Shown one piece after another: positions 42,526-52,701 of a DNA stretch of 64,000 bases. The DNA is from an uncultured Spirochaetota bacterium (GTDB lineage: Bacteria > Spirochaetota > Spirochaetia > SZUA-6 > CAVTHK01). Where the stretch lies: contig CAVTHK010000009.1 of NCBI GenBank assembly GCA_963734495.1, positions 256,001 through 320,000 on the forward strand, in the 5' to 3' direction. The number at the start of each line of letters is the position of its first letter. The stretch's first letter is position 1. The notes under the pieces were generated by a model, which was not told where the DNA came from, searched no databases, and was given only the letters and a program-made list of their open reading frames with translations. The position numbers and the translations under genes were made by a program.

Positions 42526-43512
42526 TCAGCCTCGGGCGTCCGGGTCCGGCAGCGGATAGGCGCCGAAGTCGGCGACCGCCCGCTCGAGCGCCTCGATGTG
42601 GGCGGGCGGGAACGGCATGCCCTGGTCGGGCCCGCAGATGTAGCCGCCCTCGCGGCCGAGGAGGCGGATCCGCCCCTCGACCTCGGCGCGGACGCGCCGA
42701 GGCGGCCCCTGCATGATCGTGTGCGACGAGACGCCGCCCTGCAGCGCCATGCGCCCCTGCGGTGGCCGGCGCAGCTCCGCGAGATCATTCGCGGTCGCCT
42801 GCGCCGGATTGAGGATGTCCACGCCGATGTCCATGAGCTCCGGCGCGAGCTCCCGGACGCTGCCGCAGGAGTGGAACGAGACGAGGCACCCCTCGGCCTT
42901 GTAGAGGCTCACGAGCCTCGCGTAGCGCGGCTTGAAGAACTCCCGGAATGCTGCGAGCGACACGAGCGGCGCGCGCTGCGTGCCGTGGTCGTCGCCGAGC
43001 GTTGCCATCTCGACTCCGAGGGCGAGGTACTCCTCGGCCACGCCGAGCTGGAACTCGAGGATGCGGTCGAGGAGCCGGTGGACCTTGCGCGGCTCTTCGA
43101 GCATCGCGACGAACAGGTCCTCCATGCCCGCGAGCTTCCAGGCCCGCTCGAGCAGGGTGCTGCGGTGGCTCGCTGCGAGGATGAGCTCGCTCCTGTGCGC
43201 CGCGCCGCGAACGGCCTCGCGGGCCGCGGCATAGAGCGCGGGGTCATGCGGGTCAGGCCACCGGTAGTCCTCCCAGCTCGCGAGAGCCTGCAGCGGGTGG
43301 AAGACGGGGAACGGCATCACGCCTTCGTGCGAGTGCCTGTGCCGCACCTGCCAGAGATCGGTCCAGGTCTCCGCGCCGGGCGGCCTGTTGTCCTCGGGGT
43401 TCACGCCGAAGTAGCCGATCGCGAGCACCGGCAGCGAGCGGGAGCAGGGGACGCGGTCGGGCGTGCCGAAACGGACGCACTCGAGAAAGTTCTGTTTCGC
43501 GTCGACTGCCAT
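42526..43512 (-). CDS. Uroporphyrinogen decarboxylase / MtaA-like family protein
   Basis: GMEDLF, GDDHGTQ, FREFFKP.Y, FHSCG, GVDILNP, GGYICGP. Confidence 0.85.
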   Translation of the reverse strand: MAVDAKQNFLECVRFGTPDRVPCSRSLPVLAIGYFGVNPEDNRPPGAETWTDLWQVRHRHSHEGVMPFPVFHPLQALASWEDYRWPDPHDPALYAAAREAVRGAAHRSELILAASHRSTLLERAWKLAGMEDLFVAMLEEPRKVHRLLDRILEFQLGVAEEYLALGVEMATLGDDHGTQRAPLVSLAAFREFFKPRYARLVSLYKAEGCLVSFHSCGSVRELAPELMDIGVDILNPAQATANDLAELRRPPQGRMALQGGVSSHTIMQGPPRRVRAEVEGRIRLLGREGGYICGPDQGMPFPPAHIEALERAVADFGAYPLPDPDARG

Positions 43513-43515
43513 CGC

Positions 43516-45993
43516 CTACTCCGCCGGCCCGCTCGGCTCGAGCTCCCGCAGGCCGGGGAAGCGGGCCAGCACCAGCGCGCGGACCTCGGAGGCGTCTCCC
43601 AGGGTGAGCGCCTCCTCCGCGACCCGGGCGGCGAGGGCCGAGTCCGTCCGCCGCACCGCCTCCTTGACGATCGGGAGGGAGGCGGTCGCCACGCTCAGCT
43701 CGACGACCCCCAGGCCCACGAGGAGGGGAACCGCCGCAGGCCGGGCGGCCATCTCGCCGCACACCGTCGATGGGATGCCGGCCGCCCGGCCGGCCCGGGT
43801 CGCGGCCGCGATCACGCGCAGCAGGGCCGGATGGAGCGGGTCGGCGATCGACGCCACGTCGGGGTTCGTGCGGTCCGCCGCGAACAGGTACTGGGCGAGG
43901 TCGTTGGTCCCGATGCTGAAGAAGTCCGCGTGCGCCGCCAGCCTGTCCGCCGCGATCGCGGCGGACGGCACTTCGATCATGAGCCCGACGCGGATCGCCG
44001 GGGCGCCGAGGGCGGCCCGCTCCTCCTCGACCGCGGCGCGGAGCTCGCGCGCCTCGGCCTCCGTCGACACCATCGGGAACAGCAGCTCGACCTGCCCGCT
44101 CGCGGCCGCGCGCAGGATGGCGCGCACCTGGGCGCGGAAGATGTCGGGCATGCGGGCGTAGAGCCGGCAGCCGCGCACCCCGAGAAACGGGTTGGCCTCG
44201 CCCCGCGCGGCCATGCCGCCGATCGGCTTGTCGCCCCCGACGTCGAGGGTGCGGACCACGACCGGCCTTCCCGCGAGGCGGGAGGCGACGCCGCCGTAGA
44301 TGCGCGCTTGCTCGTCCTCGCCGGGCGCCCCGGAGGGCCCCGCAAACAGCATCTCGGTCCGGAAGACGCCGACCCCGTCGGCGTGCAGCGCCGCGGCCCG
44401 CTCGGCGTCCTCCATCGACGCGATGTTGGCCGTCACGGCGATGCGGACGCCGTCGGAGGTGACCGCGGGGTCCGCCGCGCGAGCGAGGGCCGCGGCCTCG
44501 AGGGCGTCGCGGCCGGCGCGGGCCGCCTCCCAGCGGGCGCGCTCCCTCGGGGGCACCACGCGGGCGTCGCAGGCCGCGCCGTCGACCGCGAGCACCGTGC
44601 CGTCGGGCAGATCGAGAACCGCATCGCCCACGCCGATCACGAAGGGGACAGCAAGGGCGCGGGCAAAGATGGCCGCATGCGATGTGACGCCGCCCCCCGC
44701 GGCGACGACCGCGAGCGGTCGCGCGCTCTGCAGGTCGGCCAGGCCCGACAGCAGCAGCTCCGGGACGACGAGCACCGCGCCGGCGGCATCCGGCGTCTCG
44801 GCCCCGCCCGCGAGCTCGTCGAGCACCTGGGCGCGGATGTCGACCACGTCCCACAACCGGTCGCGCAGGTAGGGGTCCTCGAGGCGGCGGTATCTCTCGA
44901 TGACCGCCTCGAGCGCCCGTCCCCAGGCCTCCTCGGCGGGCACCGCGTTCTCGACCATCGCCCGCCGCGTCGCCTCGATCAGGTCCGGGTCTGCAAGCAT
45001 CATGGACTCGGCACGCAGCATGTCGGCCCGCTCGCGCCCCACCTGCGGCTCGAGCCTTTCGGCGGTCTGCTCGAGGCGCCGGCTCACGGCGGCGAGAGCG
45101 GCCGTGAGCCGCGCGAGCTCCTGCCGCGCGTCCGCGCCGGCAGCCGCGCTCCGGCGCGGGTCGCGGGGGCGGACCACGACCGCGGGCCCGATCGCGAGGC
45201 CACCGCCGCCGGCCGTACCGGCAAAGCGCGTCTTCGGCGACCCCGCCTCCGCCCGCCGCGCCGGAGCGGCGGCTTCGCCGAAGCCGCCCTCCGCCATCGC
45301 GACGACCGCCGCGACCGCCTCCGCCGCCTGCCTCCCCGAGGCCGCGACCTGCATCTCCTCGCCCTGCCGCAGCTCCAGCCCGGCGAGGCGGCTCAGGCTG
45401 AGCGCGGTCACCGGCCCGCGGCCGCGCGTCGCGTTGGCGACGGTCACGGCCGCGTCGAAGCGGGCGGCCGCCCGCACCAGGCGGGCCGCGGGCCGCGCGT
45501 GCAGCCCCAGCGGGTTCGTGACGCGCACGCGGCGCGAGACGGTCGGCGCCGTCGCGGCCGCGGGCGCAGCCTCGCCCGCCGGGCCCACCTGCTCGCGCTT
45601 GCCCTCGAGCGCGGCCTCGGCCTCCCGGCGCACCTCTTCGAGGTTGCCGCCGGAGGCCGAGCGCACGGCCGCGGCCACGGCGCCCTCGACGAGCGCGGCC
45701 GCGCACAGGGCCACCGCCCCTGCGCCAGCGGGCGTCGTCTCCGCGAGCAGCTCCAGCGCGACCTCGGCGCTGAGGATGGCGCTGCCGAGGTCCACCAGCA
45801 GCAGGGCGCCTTCCGGACCGCGGACGCTCCCGACGGCCTCGACGATGCGGGAGGCGTCGGTGCCGATCGGATGCTGCGGGTCGTCGACCCCGGCGGCTGC
45901 CGCCACGGGCACCTCGGGCGCCACCTGCGCAACGAGCTCGAGCACGCCTCTGGCGAGCGTTTCACTGTGGGAGACCAGGACAAGGCCGACCAT
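43516..45993 (-). CDS. dhaM: DhaM-type multidomain PTS protein: EIIA(Man)-HPr-complete Enzyme I
   Basis: VLVSHS, DLGSA (EIIA); GLHARPAA (HPr); TSHAAI, RTE, RTLDVGGDK, NPFLGVRG, MIEVP, SIGTNDL, CGEMA (EI). Confidence 0.88.
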   Translation of the reverse strand: MVGLVLVSHSETLARGVLELVAQVAPEVPVAAAAGVDDPQHPIGTDASRIVEAVGSVRGPEGALLLVDLGSAILSAEVALELLAETTPAGAGAVALCAAALVEGAVAAAVRSASGGNLEEVRREAEAALEGKREQVGPAGEAAPAAATAPTVSRRVRVTNPLGLHARPAARLVRAAARFDAAVTVANATRGRGPVTALSLSRLAGLELRQGEEMQVAASGRQAAEAVAAVVAMAEGGFGEAAAPARRAEAGSPKTRFAGTAGGGGLAIGPAVVVRPRDPRRSAAAGADARQELARLTAALAAVSRRLEQTAERLEPQVGRERADMLRAESMMLADPDLIEATRRAMVENAVPAEEAWGRALEAVIERYRRLEDPYLRDRLWDVVDIRAQVLDELAGGAETPDAAGAVLVVPELLLSGLADLQSARPLAVVAAGGGVTSHAAIFARALAVPFVIGVGDAVLDLPDGTVLAVDGAACDARVVPPRERARWEAARAGRDALEAAALARAADPAVTSDGVRIAVTANIASMEDAERAAALHADGVGVFRTEMLFAGPSGAPGEDEQARIYGGVASRLAGRPVVVRTLDVGGDKPIGGMAARGEANPFLGVRGCRLYARMPDIFRAQVRAILRAAASGQVELLFPMVSTEAEARELRAAVEEERAALGAPAIRVGLMIEVPSAAIAADRLAAHADFFSIGTNDLAQYLFAADRTNPDVASIADPLHPALLRVIAAATRAGRAAGIPSTVCGEMAARPAAVPLLVGLGVVELSVATASLPIVKEAVRRTDSALAARVAEEALTLGDASEVRALVLARFPGLRELEPSGPAE

Positions 45994-46006
45994 GGCAGCG
46001 GCGCGC

Positions 46007-46624
46007 CTACGGCAGGGCCTTGAGCAGGGCCTGCATCAGGATCAGAGTGCTGGCCGCGCCGGGGTCGAGGTGCCCCGCGCTGCGCGGCCCGAGGTAGCTG
46101 GCGCGGCCCTTGCGCGCGACGAGCGGGATCGTGTCCTGCGACCCGCGCGCCGCCGCGTCGATCGCGGCGGTGACCGCCTCGCGCAGGCTGGCGCCCGATG
46201 CCGCGGCGGTCTCGAGCGCCTCCACGGCCGGCGTGAGCGCGTCGACCATCGTCTTGTCGCCCGGCTGCGCGCGGCCGCGCTGCCGGACGCCAGTCAGCCC
46301 CGCCCTGAAGAGCGCGGCGAGGGTCGCCGGCCCGAGCGATTCCTTGCCCGCGCAGGCGGCCGCGGCGCGGAGGAAGAACGTGCCGTAGAGCGGCCCGGAC
46401 GCTCCCCCGACCGTCGAGATCAGCACCAGCGACGCGGTCTTGAGGACGCCGGCGATGTCCGCGGCGCCGTCGAGCTGTCCGGCGAGCTTCTGGAACCCGC
46501 GGTCCATGTTGATGCCGTGGTCGCCGTCGCCGATCTGCTTGTCGAGGTCCGTGAGAGAGTCGCGCTCCTGGTGCAGCATCTCCGCGGCGATCCGCAGCCA
46601 GAGCGACACTTCGTCCTTGTCCAT
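46007..46624 (-). CDS. dhaL: Dihydroxyacetone kinase ADP-binding subunit
   Basis: LD..IGDGDHG.NM.RGF, GGASGPLYG, GDKTMVD, GRASYLG.RS.GH.DPGA. Confidence 0.95.
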   Translation of the reverse strand: MDKDEVSLWLRIAAEMLHQERDSLTDLDKQIGDGDHGINMDRGFQKLAGQLDGAADIAGVLKTASLVLISTVGGASGPLYGTFFLRAAAACAGKESLGPATLAALFRAGLTGVRQRGRAQPGDKTMVDALTPAVEALETAAASGASLREAVTAAIDAAARGSQDTIPLVARKGRASYLGPRSAGHLDPGAASTLILMQALLKALP

Positions 46625-46626
46625 GG

Positions 46627-47700
46627 TCAGACGCCCCACCTGAGGCCGGGCGTGAGCACCGGGGCGTCCCAGAGCCTCGTCATCTCGTCGTCGAGCCGCA
46701 GCAGGGTCACCGAGAAGCCCTGCATCTCGAGCGACGTGACGTAGTTCCCCACCAGGCGGCGGGCGATCGCGAGCCCCTTCTTCTCGATGATCTCCGCGGC
46801 CTTGCGGTAGACGAGCGTGAGCTCCGAGAGCGGCGTGCCGCCCATGCCGTTGACCAGGAGCAGCACGCGGTCTCCCCTGCGGAGCGCGGGGGCGACCGCC
46901 CTGCGGTCGACCTGCGCCCCGCTCGCGGCGTCCCACTCGGAGACCACGCGCTCGTAGGCCGGGTCTTCGAGCACGGCGCCGACCAGCATCTCGACGATCT
47001 CATCGGCCGGCCGCAGCGGCAGGCGCTGCCGCCCCGGCTCGCCGTGGATCCCGATGCCGATCTCCATCTCCGCTTCCCCCAGATCGAAGCCCGGCTTTCC
47101 GGCCGCGGGGACGGTGCCGGCCGCGAGGGCCATGCCCATGCTCCGCCCGGCGGCGGCGACGCGGCGGCAGAGCTCGACCAGCCGGTCGAGCGGATAGCCC
47201 GCCTCTGCCGCCGCGCCGCAGATCTTCTCCGCGAGCACGGTGGTGCCGACGCCGCGGCGGCCCTGCGTGTAGAGGCTGTCGCGCACCGCGACGTCGTCGT
47301 CGATGAGGACGCTGGCCACCGGGATCCCCTGCGCGTGGACCATCTCCGCGGCCATCTCGAAGTTCATGATGTCGCCGCTGTAGTTCTTGACGATAAAGAG
47401 AACCCCCGCTCCGCCGTGCACCCGCGCGGCGGCCGCGGCCATCTGGTCGGGCGTGGGCGAGGTGAACACCTCGCCGGGACAGGCGGCGTCGAGCATCCCG
47501 CGGCCGACGAAGCCGCCGTGCATCGGCTCGTGCCCGCTCCCGCCGCCGGAGACGAGCGCCGCCTTGCCGCGCGCCGGCGCGTCGGCCCGGCACACGAACG
47601 TCGGGTCGAAGCTGACCGCGATCAGCTCTCCGTACGCAGCGGCCAGACCCTGCAGGCTCTCGCGGACGAAGTCCTCGGGCCGGTTGATCAGCTTCTTCAC
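46627..47700 (-). CDS. dhaK: Dihydroxyacetone kinase substrate-binding subunit
   Basis: [44 protein letters not shown]. Confidence 0.95.
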   Translation of the reverse strand: MKKLINRPEDFVRESLQGLAAAYGELIAVSFDPTFVCRADAPARGKAALVSGGGSGHEPMHGGFVGRGMLDAACPGEVFTSPTPDQMAAAAARVHGGAGVLFIVKNYSGDIMNFEMAAEMVHAQGIPVASVLIDDDVAVRDSLYTQGRRGVGTTVLAEKICGAAAEAGYPLDRLVELCRRVAAAGRSMGMALAAGTVPAAGKPGFDLGEAEMEIGIGIHGEPGRQRLPLRPADEIVEMLVGAVLEDPAYERVVSEWDAASGAQVDRRAVAPALRRGDRVLLLVNGMGGTPLSELTLVYRKAAEIIEKKGLAIARRLVGNYVTSLEMQGFSVTLLRLDDEMTRLWDAPVLTPGLRWGV

Positions 47701-47834
47701 TGGCTCACCCCTCGAGGCTTCTACCGTAGATCGGCCGGCGGCGGTGGTCAACGGGCGCGCGGCGGTCGGCGGGTTGCGTCGCGGAGCCGGTTTGCACTAA
47801 CCTCGAGCCCGTCCGCAGTTGAAAAGGAGGCAAA

Positions 47835-48629
47835 ATGAAGAAGGTCGCCGTCGGGGCCCTCTTCGCGTTTCTCGTCGCCGGCGCTTTGGCGGCCGAGGAC
47901 ATCCGCATCGTCGTCCCCTACCTGGGCGCGGCGACGGACGTGTACAAGGACGATGCAAAGGGGATCGATCTGACCGACACGAGGCTCATGGAGGGGCTCT
48001 ACCTCCAGTGGGTCAACCCGGAGCTGTTCCAGGCCAACGTCTTTGTCTACCACTCGGCGGACATCAACTACAGTCAGCTCTGGGGCGTCCACCTGATCGG
48101 CGACGTCTACGTCTGGTCCGACCCGCTGGGAAAGGCGGCCCTGGGCGCCGGGCTCGACATGCTGCGCCTCGACATGGACGCGGGCGACAACATCGTGCCC
48201 CTCAAGAGCTTCGAGCTGCCGATGACGCTGTACGCGCCCTACGTGAGGGCGGGCCACTACTTCAACTTCGGCTCGGGCGGCATGGTGAGCCTCTCTGTGC
48301 TCCCGTGGGCGGGCGCTGAGTACGACATCACCCGCGGCGACCTCTCGTTCGTCCCGCCCGGCCCACCGATGACGATCAAGCAGAGCATCGACGACGAGAC
48401 GCTCTACGGCCTCGCGGGCATCAACGCCGGCGCCGTGATCATGCACTTCATCGAGATCCAGGCGAAGTACCGGGCGACGTTCAACGAGGACGACTACCTC
48501 AACACGTTCGACGCGATGCTCAACTTCTACCTCAACCGCCACTGGGGCGTCTCTTACCGCTTCAAGTACATGGAGACCACGAGCGGGTCCGTGAGCTACC
48601 ACATCGGCGGGATCGCGTACGTGTTCTGA
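47835..48629 (+). CDS. Secreted hypothetical protein, probable outer-membrane beta-barrel
   Basis: Signal peptide MKKVAVGALFAFLVAGALA; amphipathic aromatic-rich strands; C-terminal IAYVF. Confidence 0.6.
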   Translation: MKKVAVGALFAFLVAGALAAEDIRIVVPYLGAATDVYKDDAKGIDLTDTRLMEGLYLQWVNPELFQANVFVYHSADINYSQLWGVHLIGDVYVWSDPLGKAALGAGLDMLRLDMDAGDNIVPLKSFELPMTLYAPYVRAGHYFNFGSGGMVSLSVLPWAGAEYDITRGDLSFVPPGPPMTIKQSIDDETLYGLAGINAGAVIMHFIEIQAKYRATFNEDDYLNTFDAMLNFYLNRHWGVSYRFKYMETTSGSVSYHIGGIAYVF

Positions 48630-48659
48630 CGGCACGCGGGCGGCCCCGCGCTCCCGCCG

Positions 48660-49814
48660 TCAGTCGAGGGACCCCGTGAAGACGAAGTCGTGCCGGACGG
48701 GGACCTTCACCTTCTTCCCTGATTCTCCGACGAAGCACACGAGCCCCTCGTCGAAGACGGCGCTCAATGCCCGGCCGAAACCGCGGGGCACCCGGGCGAC
48801 GCCTTCGATGTAGTTGACGGCGAATGGACGGGCAGGCGACAGCTTGCGGGTGGTGGCGATGCCTTTCTGGTTGAGCTCGTTCCGCTTGAGCGACGCTGCC
48901 AGACCGCTCGCGAAATAGGCGCAGACGTCCTCGAGGCCGATGCAGCAGTTGCGGCCGTTCCACGGGCTGCCGTGGCGGCCGTGGTTCTCCATCCAGAAGA
49001 CCGTCGACGGCAGCACCGCCGGGTCCTTGATCGCGAACCAGATCCACCCGGCCGAAGCGTTGACCGCCGTTGTCCACGCGGGCCCGAACGAAGGCTTGTT
49101 GTAGACCTGGATGATGTCGCAGAAGCCGCGCCGCCGCGGGAAGCTCGCGCACGAGTCCCAGGGCATCTCCTTCCAGACGGTGGGCACCCTGTCGAGGCCG
49201 CGGAATGTCGCCCCCGCGGCGAGAGCGTTGTACTCCCCGCCGCTCTCGAACGTCGCCGGCGGCCGCGGGCTCACCTTGCCGAAGAGAAGCGGGCTCGTGG
49301 AGACGAGCAGCGCGTCGGGCTTCTCGCCGCCCGCGAGCGTGGCGTGGTGGCCGAGCGAGGTGCGGACGTCGTAGCCTTCGAGCACGTCGCTCAAGTAGAC
49401 GGCGTTGTGCCCCTCGACGAGCTGGACGTGCTTGGTCACGCGGCCGGCGATCTTCGCGGTGCTCATCTCGAGCGTCAGGCGCGTGACCGGACCCGACCGC
49501 TGGAGGCCGCGCAGGGTCCACGCTTCCGTCGCGGGCTCGCCGTGGGTAGTGTGGGCCACGCCTCTGACCGTGCAGTCGCCGCCGAAAGGCAGGCAGAAAA
49601 AGTCGCCCCTGAGGGGCTCGAGCACGGGCCGGTCCACCGCGATCCCTTCGCCCTGCCAGGGGCTGATGTGGTAGGGCTGCACCGCCTCGCCGGTGTCGCT
49701 GCAGAACGAGACGGGCGCCATCTGGCCGCCCTTTCGCGTGATCGCCGCGCGCACCTGCCCGTTCTCCACGACCCACGAAGGCTGCGCCGCGATGACCTCT
49801 GTTCTCGGCTCCAT
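48660..49814 (-). CDS. Hypothetical protein, galactose-mutarotase/aldose-epimerase-like
   Basis: LRGDFFCLPFG, THGEPA...W, LGHHA, GRHGSPWNGR; fold is inferred. Confidence 0.55.
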   Translation of the reverse strand: MEPRTEVIAAQPSWVVENGQVRAAITRKGGQMAPVSFCSDTGEAVQPYHISPWQGEGIAVDRPVLEPLRGDFFCLPFGGDCTVRGVAHTTHGEPATEAWTLRGLQRSGPVTRLTLEMSTAKIAGRVTKHVQLVEGHNAVYLSDVLEGYDVRTSLGHHATLAGGEKPDALLVSTSPLLFGKVSPRPPATFESGGEYNALAAGATFRGLDRVPTVWKEMPWDSCASFPRRRGFCDIIQVYNKPSFGPAWTTAVNASAGWIWFAIKDPAVLPSTVFWMENHGRHGSPWNGRNCCIGLEDVCAYFASGLAASLKRNELNQKGIATTRKLSPARPFAVNYIEGVARVPRGFGRALSAVFDEGLVCFVGESGKKVKVPVRHDFVFTGSLD

Positions 49815-49853
49815 CCTCGCTCCTCCCCCGCTGTTATCCTACCACGACCGCCC

Positions 49854-51026
49854 TCAGGCGACTCCGAGAAATCGCTCTGCCAGCGCGCAGTACAGAGGGA
49901 TCGCCCTGAGGTAGTCCTCGATGTCGATGTACTCATCCGGCTTGTGCGCCAGGTCTTCGCGGCCGGGGCCGATGATGACGAACGGGACCGGTGGATCCGA
50001 GCAGAGCACGCTCGCGTCGGTCGCGTACCCCGGCGTGGGAAGCGCCTCCTGGCGGAGCCCGAGCTGCTCCCGGCAGAGATCGAGCGCGAGCCGGACGATG
50101 CGCTCCGAGGCGGAGCAGGCGACCGCGACGCGGCTGCCGGTGGCGTGGACGCGCGCCTCCAGCCCGGGGCGCCTCGCCTGCGCGCGCCGGATCGCGGCGT
50201 GGATCTCGGAGAGCATCGCGTCCGCGCTCACGCCGGGAGGGACGCGCATGTCGATGCTCGCGCGGCAGGTGTCGGGGACGACGTTCGGGCCGACCCCGCC
50301 GTGGATCGTTCCGATGTTGAGGGTCGCGCGGCCGTGGGCGGCGTCCGGCCCTTCGGGGAGCGGGATCTCGACGACCTCGGCCAGCAGCGCCTGCATGTCC
50401 ACGATCGCGTTGCGCCCGAGATGCGGCATCGAGCCGTGGGCGGTGCGGCCCACGGTTTCCAGCTCCAGCCAGCAGGTGCCCTTTTCCGCGATGTAGACGC
50501 GAAAGCCCGTCGGCTCGCCGATGACCACGCCCGCGGCTTCGCGCATGATGCCGTCGGCGACCAGGCGGGAGGCGCCGCTGCCGCGGATCTCCTCGTCGGC
50601 GACGGCCGTGAAGATCACGTCGCCGCGCAGCTTCCTGCCGCTGCGAGCGAGCAGCTCGAGCGCGATCAGCATGGCCGCGACGCCGCTCTTCATGTCGGAG
50701 GAGCCGCGGCCGTAGAGCCTGCCGCGGTCGATCTGCGCGCCGAAGGGCGGACGCCGCCAGGGGACCTCGCCGGGCGGGACGACGTCGATATGGCCGTTCA
50801 GGACGAGCGCGGGCGCCTCGCCCGAGCCTTTGAGTCGCGCGACGACGTTGGCGCGCCCGGGCGCGATCTCCGTCACCTCGGGCCGGAAGCCCCGCCGGTC
50901 GAGCGCCGTCGCGATCAGGTCGGCCGCCGGCTTTTCCCGGCCCGGCGGGTTGATCGTCTCCAGGCGCACGAGGTCGGCGAGCAGGCGGACCGCCTCGTCG
51001 CGGTCAAAGGGGTACGCGGTGCCCAT
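49854..51026 (-). CDS. M20 family amidohydrolase (ArgE/DapE)
   Basis: NGHIDVVP, YGRGSSDMKSG, DEE, GEPT, AHGS, TDA, AHKPDEY. Confidence 0.92.
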   Translation of the reverse strand: MGTAYPFDRDEAVRLLADLVRLETINPPGREKPAADLIATALDRRGFRPEVTEIAPGRANVVARLKGSGEAPALVLNGHIDVVPPGEVPWRRPPFGAQIDRGRLYGRGSSDMKSGVAAMLIALELLARSGRKLRGDVIFTAVADEEIRGSGASRLVADGIMREAAGVVIGEPTGFRVYIAEKGTCWLELETVGRTAHGSMPHLGRNAIVDMQALLAEVVEIPLPEGPDAAHGRATLNIGTIHGGVGPNVVPDTCRASIDMRVPPGVSADAMLSEIHAAIRRAQARRPGLEARVHATGSRVAVACSASERIVRLALDLCREQLGLRQEALPTPGYATDASVLCSDPPVPFVIIGPGREDLAHKPDEYIDIEDYLRAIPLYCALAERFLGVA

Positions 51027-51036
51027 GGCGCGCACC

Positions 51037-51312
51037 TTAGCCGCCGCTGCCGCCGGTGGGAAGGGCCCCGGGCGCGTCCGGGCCGGGGGTGCCGGGGGGC
51101 GCCGGTGACGCAGGGGGCGTGGCGGGCCGCGGCCGCCCGAGCGCGCGCTTCATCGCGACCTTGAAGGCGAACCGCATCACCTGCTCCGTGGTTACCGCCG
51201 GGCCGTGGCGCCTTCGCATGATGAGAGTCACCGCCTTGATCCCCGCCTCGCCGAGGATGAGGTAGACAAAGCGGTCCCGTTCCTCCGGGGTCATATCCTC
51301 GTAGGTGACCAC
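51037..51312 (-). CDS. Small hypothetical protein
   Basis: 91 aa with host-like codon usage; helical core followed by a Pro/Ala tail; -10 box TATGCT 6 nt upstream of GTG. Confidence 0.55.
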   Translation of the reverse strand: MVTYEDMTPEERDRFVYLILGEAGIKAVTLIMRRRHGPAVTTEQVMRFAFKVAMKRALGRPRPATPPASPAPPGTPGPDAPGALPTGGSGG

Positions 51313-51476
51313 GAGTCAAGCATAGACCGCGGGCCGCGCCCGCGCCAGAGGCGGGACCGGACGGCGTCCCGCTCGCTCGACAGCGCCGCGGGCAGCGGCT
51401 ATCCTCACCGCGCCGCGGCGTCCCGGCGAAGCGGCCGCCGGAACGGGGCTGGTCGCCCCCGCGGGGGCGCAAGAGG

Positions 51477-52041
51477 TCACTTTGTCATCGTGGTGTACGA
51501 GCCGAGGTCCAGGATCGAGCATTCCGCCGAGAATCCCGCGGGCGGCACCCCGAGGGATTGGATCAGGCGGGCCCAGAAATTGACCTGGGCGCAGGTGCTC
51601 GCGATGATCACGATCCCTCGCTCCGTGAAGTGCTTTTTCAGGGTCTCGACGACGTGCGATGGAAAAGAGACCGGCGTGCGGCAGATGCACTCGACGTAGC
51701 GGAGGGCCGCCTTCTCGTCATCTCGAAGCGTAGACACCTGGTCCATCGGGACCCTGCCCTGCAACGCCCTGATCTCCTCCTCGCTCATCCCCGTCTTCTG
51801 GAAATCCCTGGCGTTCATGTCGATGCAGAAGGGACACGAAACCAGGAACGAAGTGTGCACACGGATGAGGCCCAGGAGACGCCTGGGGACCTCCGGCTCG
51901 TCGTGGGCGACAAGCCCCTCCATGACGCCCGAGCCGATCAGTGCCTTGGGGTACCACGTGAGGATCCTGGTGGCGAGGAGCTGCCTGCCGAGCCGCTCGA
52001 AATGTCTTGCGGATCCGTTTCGGGGGCCGGATGTAGCTCAT
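51477..52041 (-). CDS. Carboxymuconolactone decarboxylase / AhpD family protein; frameshift near 52000
   Basis: SCPFCIDMN, EKAALRY, LKKHFTER.IV, VNFWAR; N-terminus MSYIRPPK in another frame. Confidence 0.8.
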
Positions 52042-52058
52042 GTCGGTGCCTGCTCGTT

Positions 52059-52622
52059 TCAGGGCGTCAGCCTGTAGAAATCCATGTGCGTGAGGCTCAT
52101 CTTCTCCACCGCACGGAAGCCCGCGAGCCGCGATAACTCCATGATCCGGGAGGACTCCATGCGGTGCGCGAGCGGCGGACCGATCGACTCGCTGCGGTGG
52201 GGCCATTCGAGGATGGCAACCCGCTTCCGCGAGACCCTCCGCGCCTCGGCGAGCGCCTTGGCGGGATCGTCGGTTTCGTGCAGCACGAGGCCGAGAAAGA
52301 CAAGGTCGAAGGAGCCATCGTCAAAGGGAAGCTGTTCGGCGACGCCTTCACGGAACGCGCCGGAGGGCACCTGGGCGCGCGCGACGGCGAGCAGATCAGG
52401 GTCGGGATCGATCCCCGTCACGCGCATCTTCAAGCCTGCAAATGCCTCCGCGAACAGGCCAGTGCCCGTGCCGACGTCAAGGATGCCGGCCGCATCGAGG
52501 CCTTCGGCGCACAGTCGCGTGACTGTTTCCATTTCGAGAAGCGCGACCCGCTCGGGAGCGCGAAGCCTCTCCGCTGCTCCGTGGAACCGCCGCTCGTGAT
52601 CCTGCATCCCTGGTGCGCCCAT
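52059..52622 (-). CDS. Class I SAM-dependent methyltransferase (start may be 52607)
   Basis: ILDVGTGTG, GIDP, AEQLPFDDGSFDLV, LHE. Confidence 0.88.
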   Translation of the reverse strand: MGAPGMQDHERRFHGAAERLRAPERVALLEMETVTRLCAEGLDAAGILDVGTGTGLFAEAFAGLKMRVTGIDPDPDLLAVARAQVPSGAFREGVAEQLPFDDGSFDLVFLGLVLHETDDPAKALAEARRVSRKRVAILEWPHRSESIGPPLAHRMESSRIMELSRLAGFRAVEKMSLTHMDFYRLTP

Positions 52623-52701
52623 CGAGTCCCCCTTGCCGACACCCGCCGTAAATGCCAGAGAGGCCCTCAGATATCGAAGGGCCTCCTCCCCGGCGGTGCG
52701 T

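Noticed and set aside
42598-46023. 1141-aa plus-strand ORF and the many other long Arg/Ala/Gly-rich ORFs
   Set aside because: Antisense or off-frame shadows expected at very high GC; no recognisable motifs
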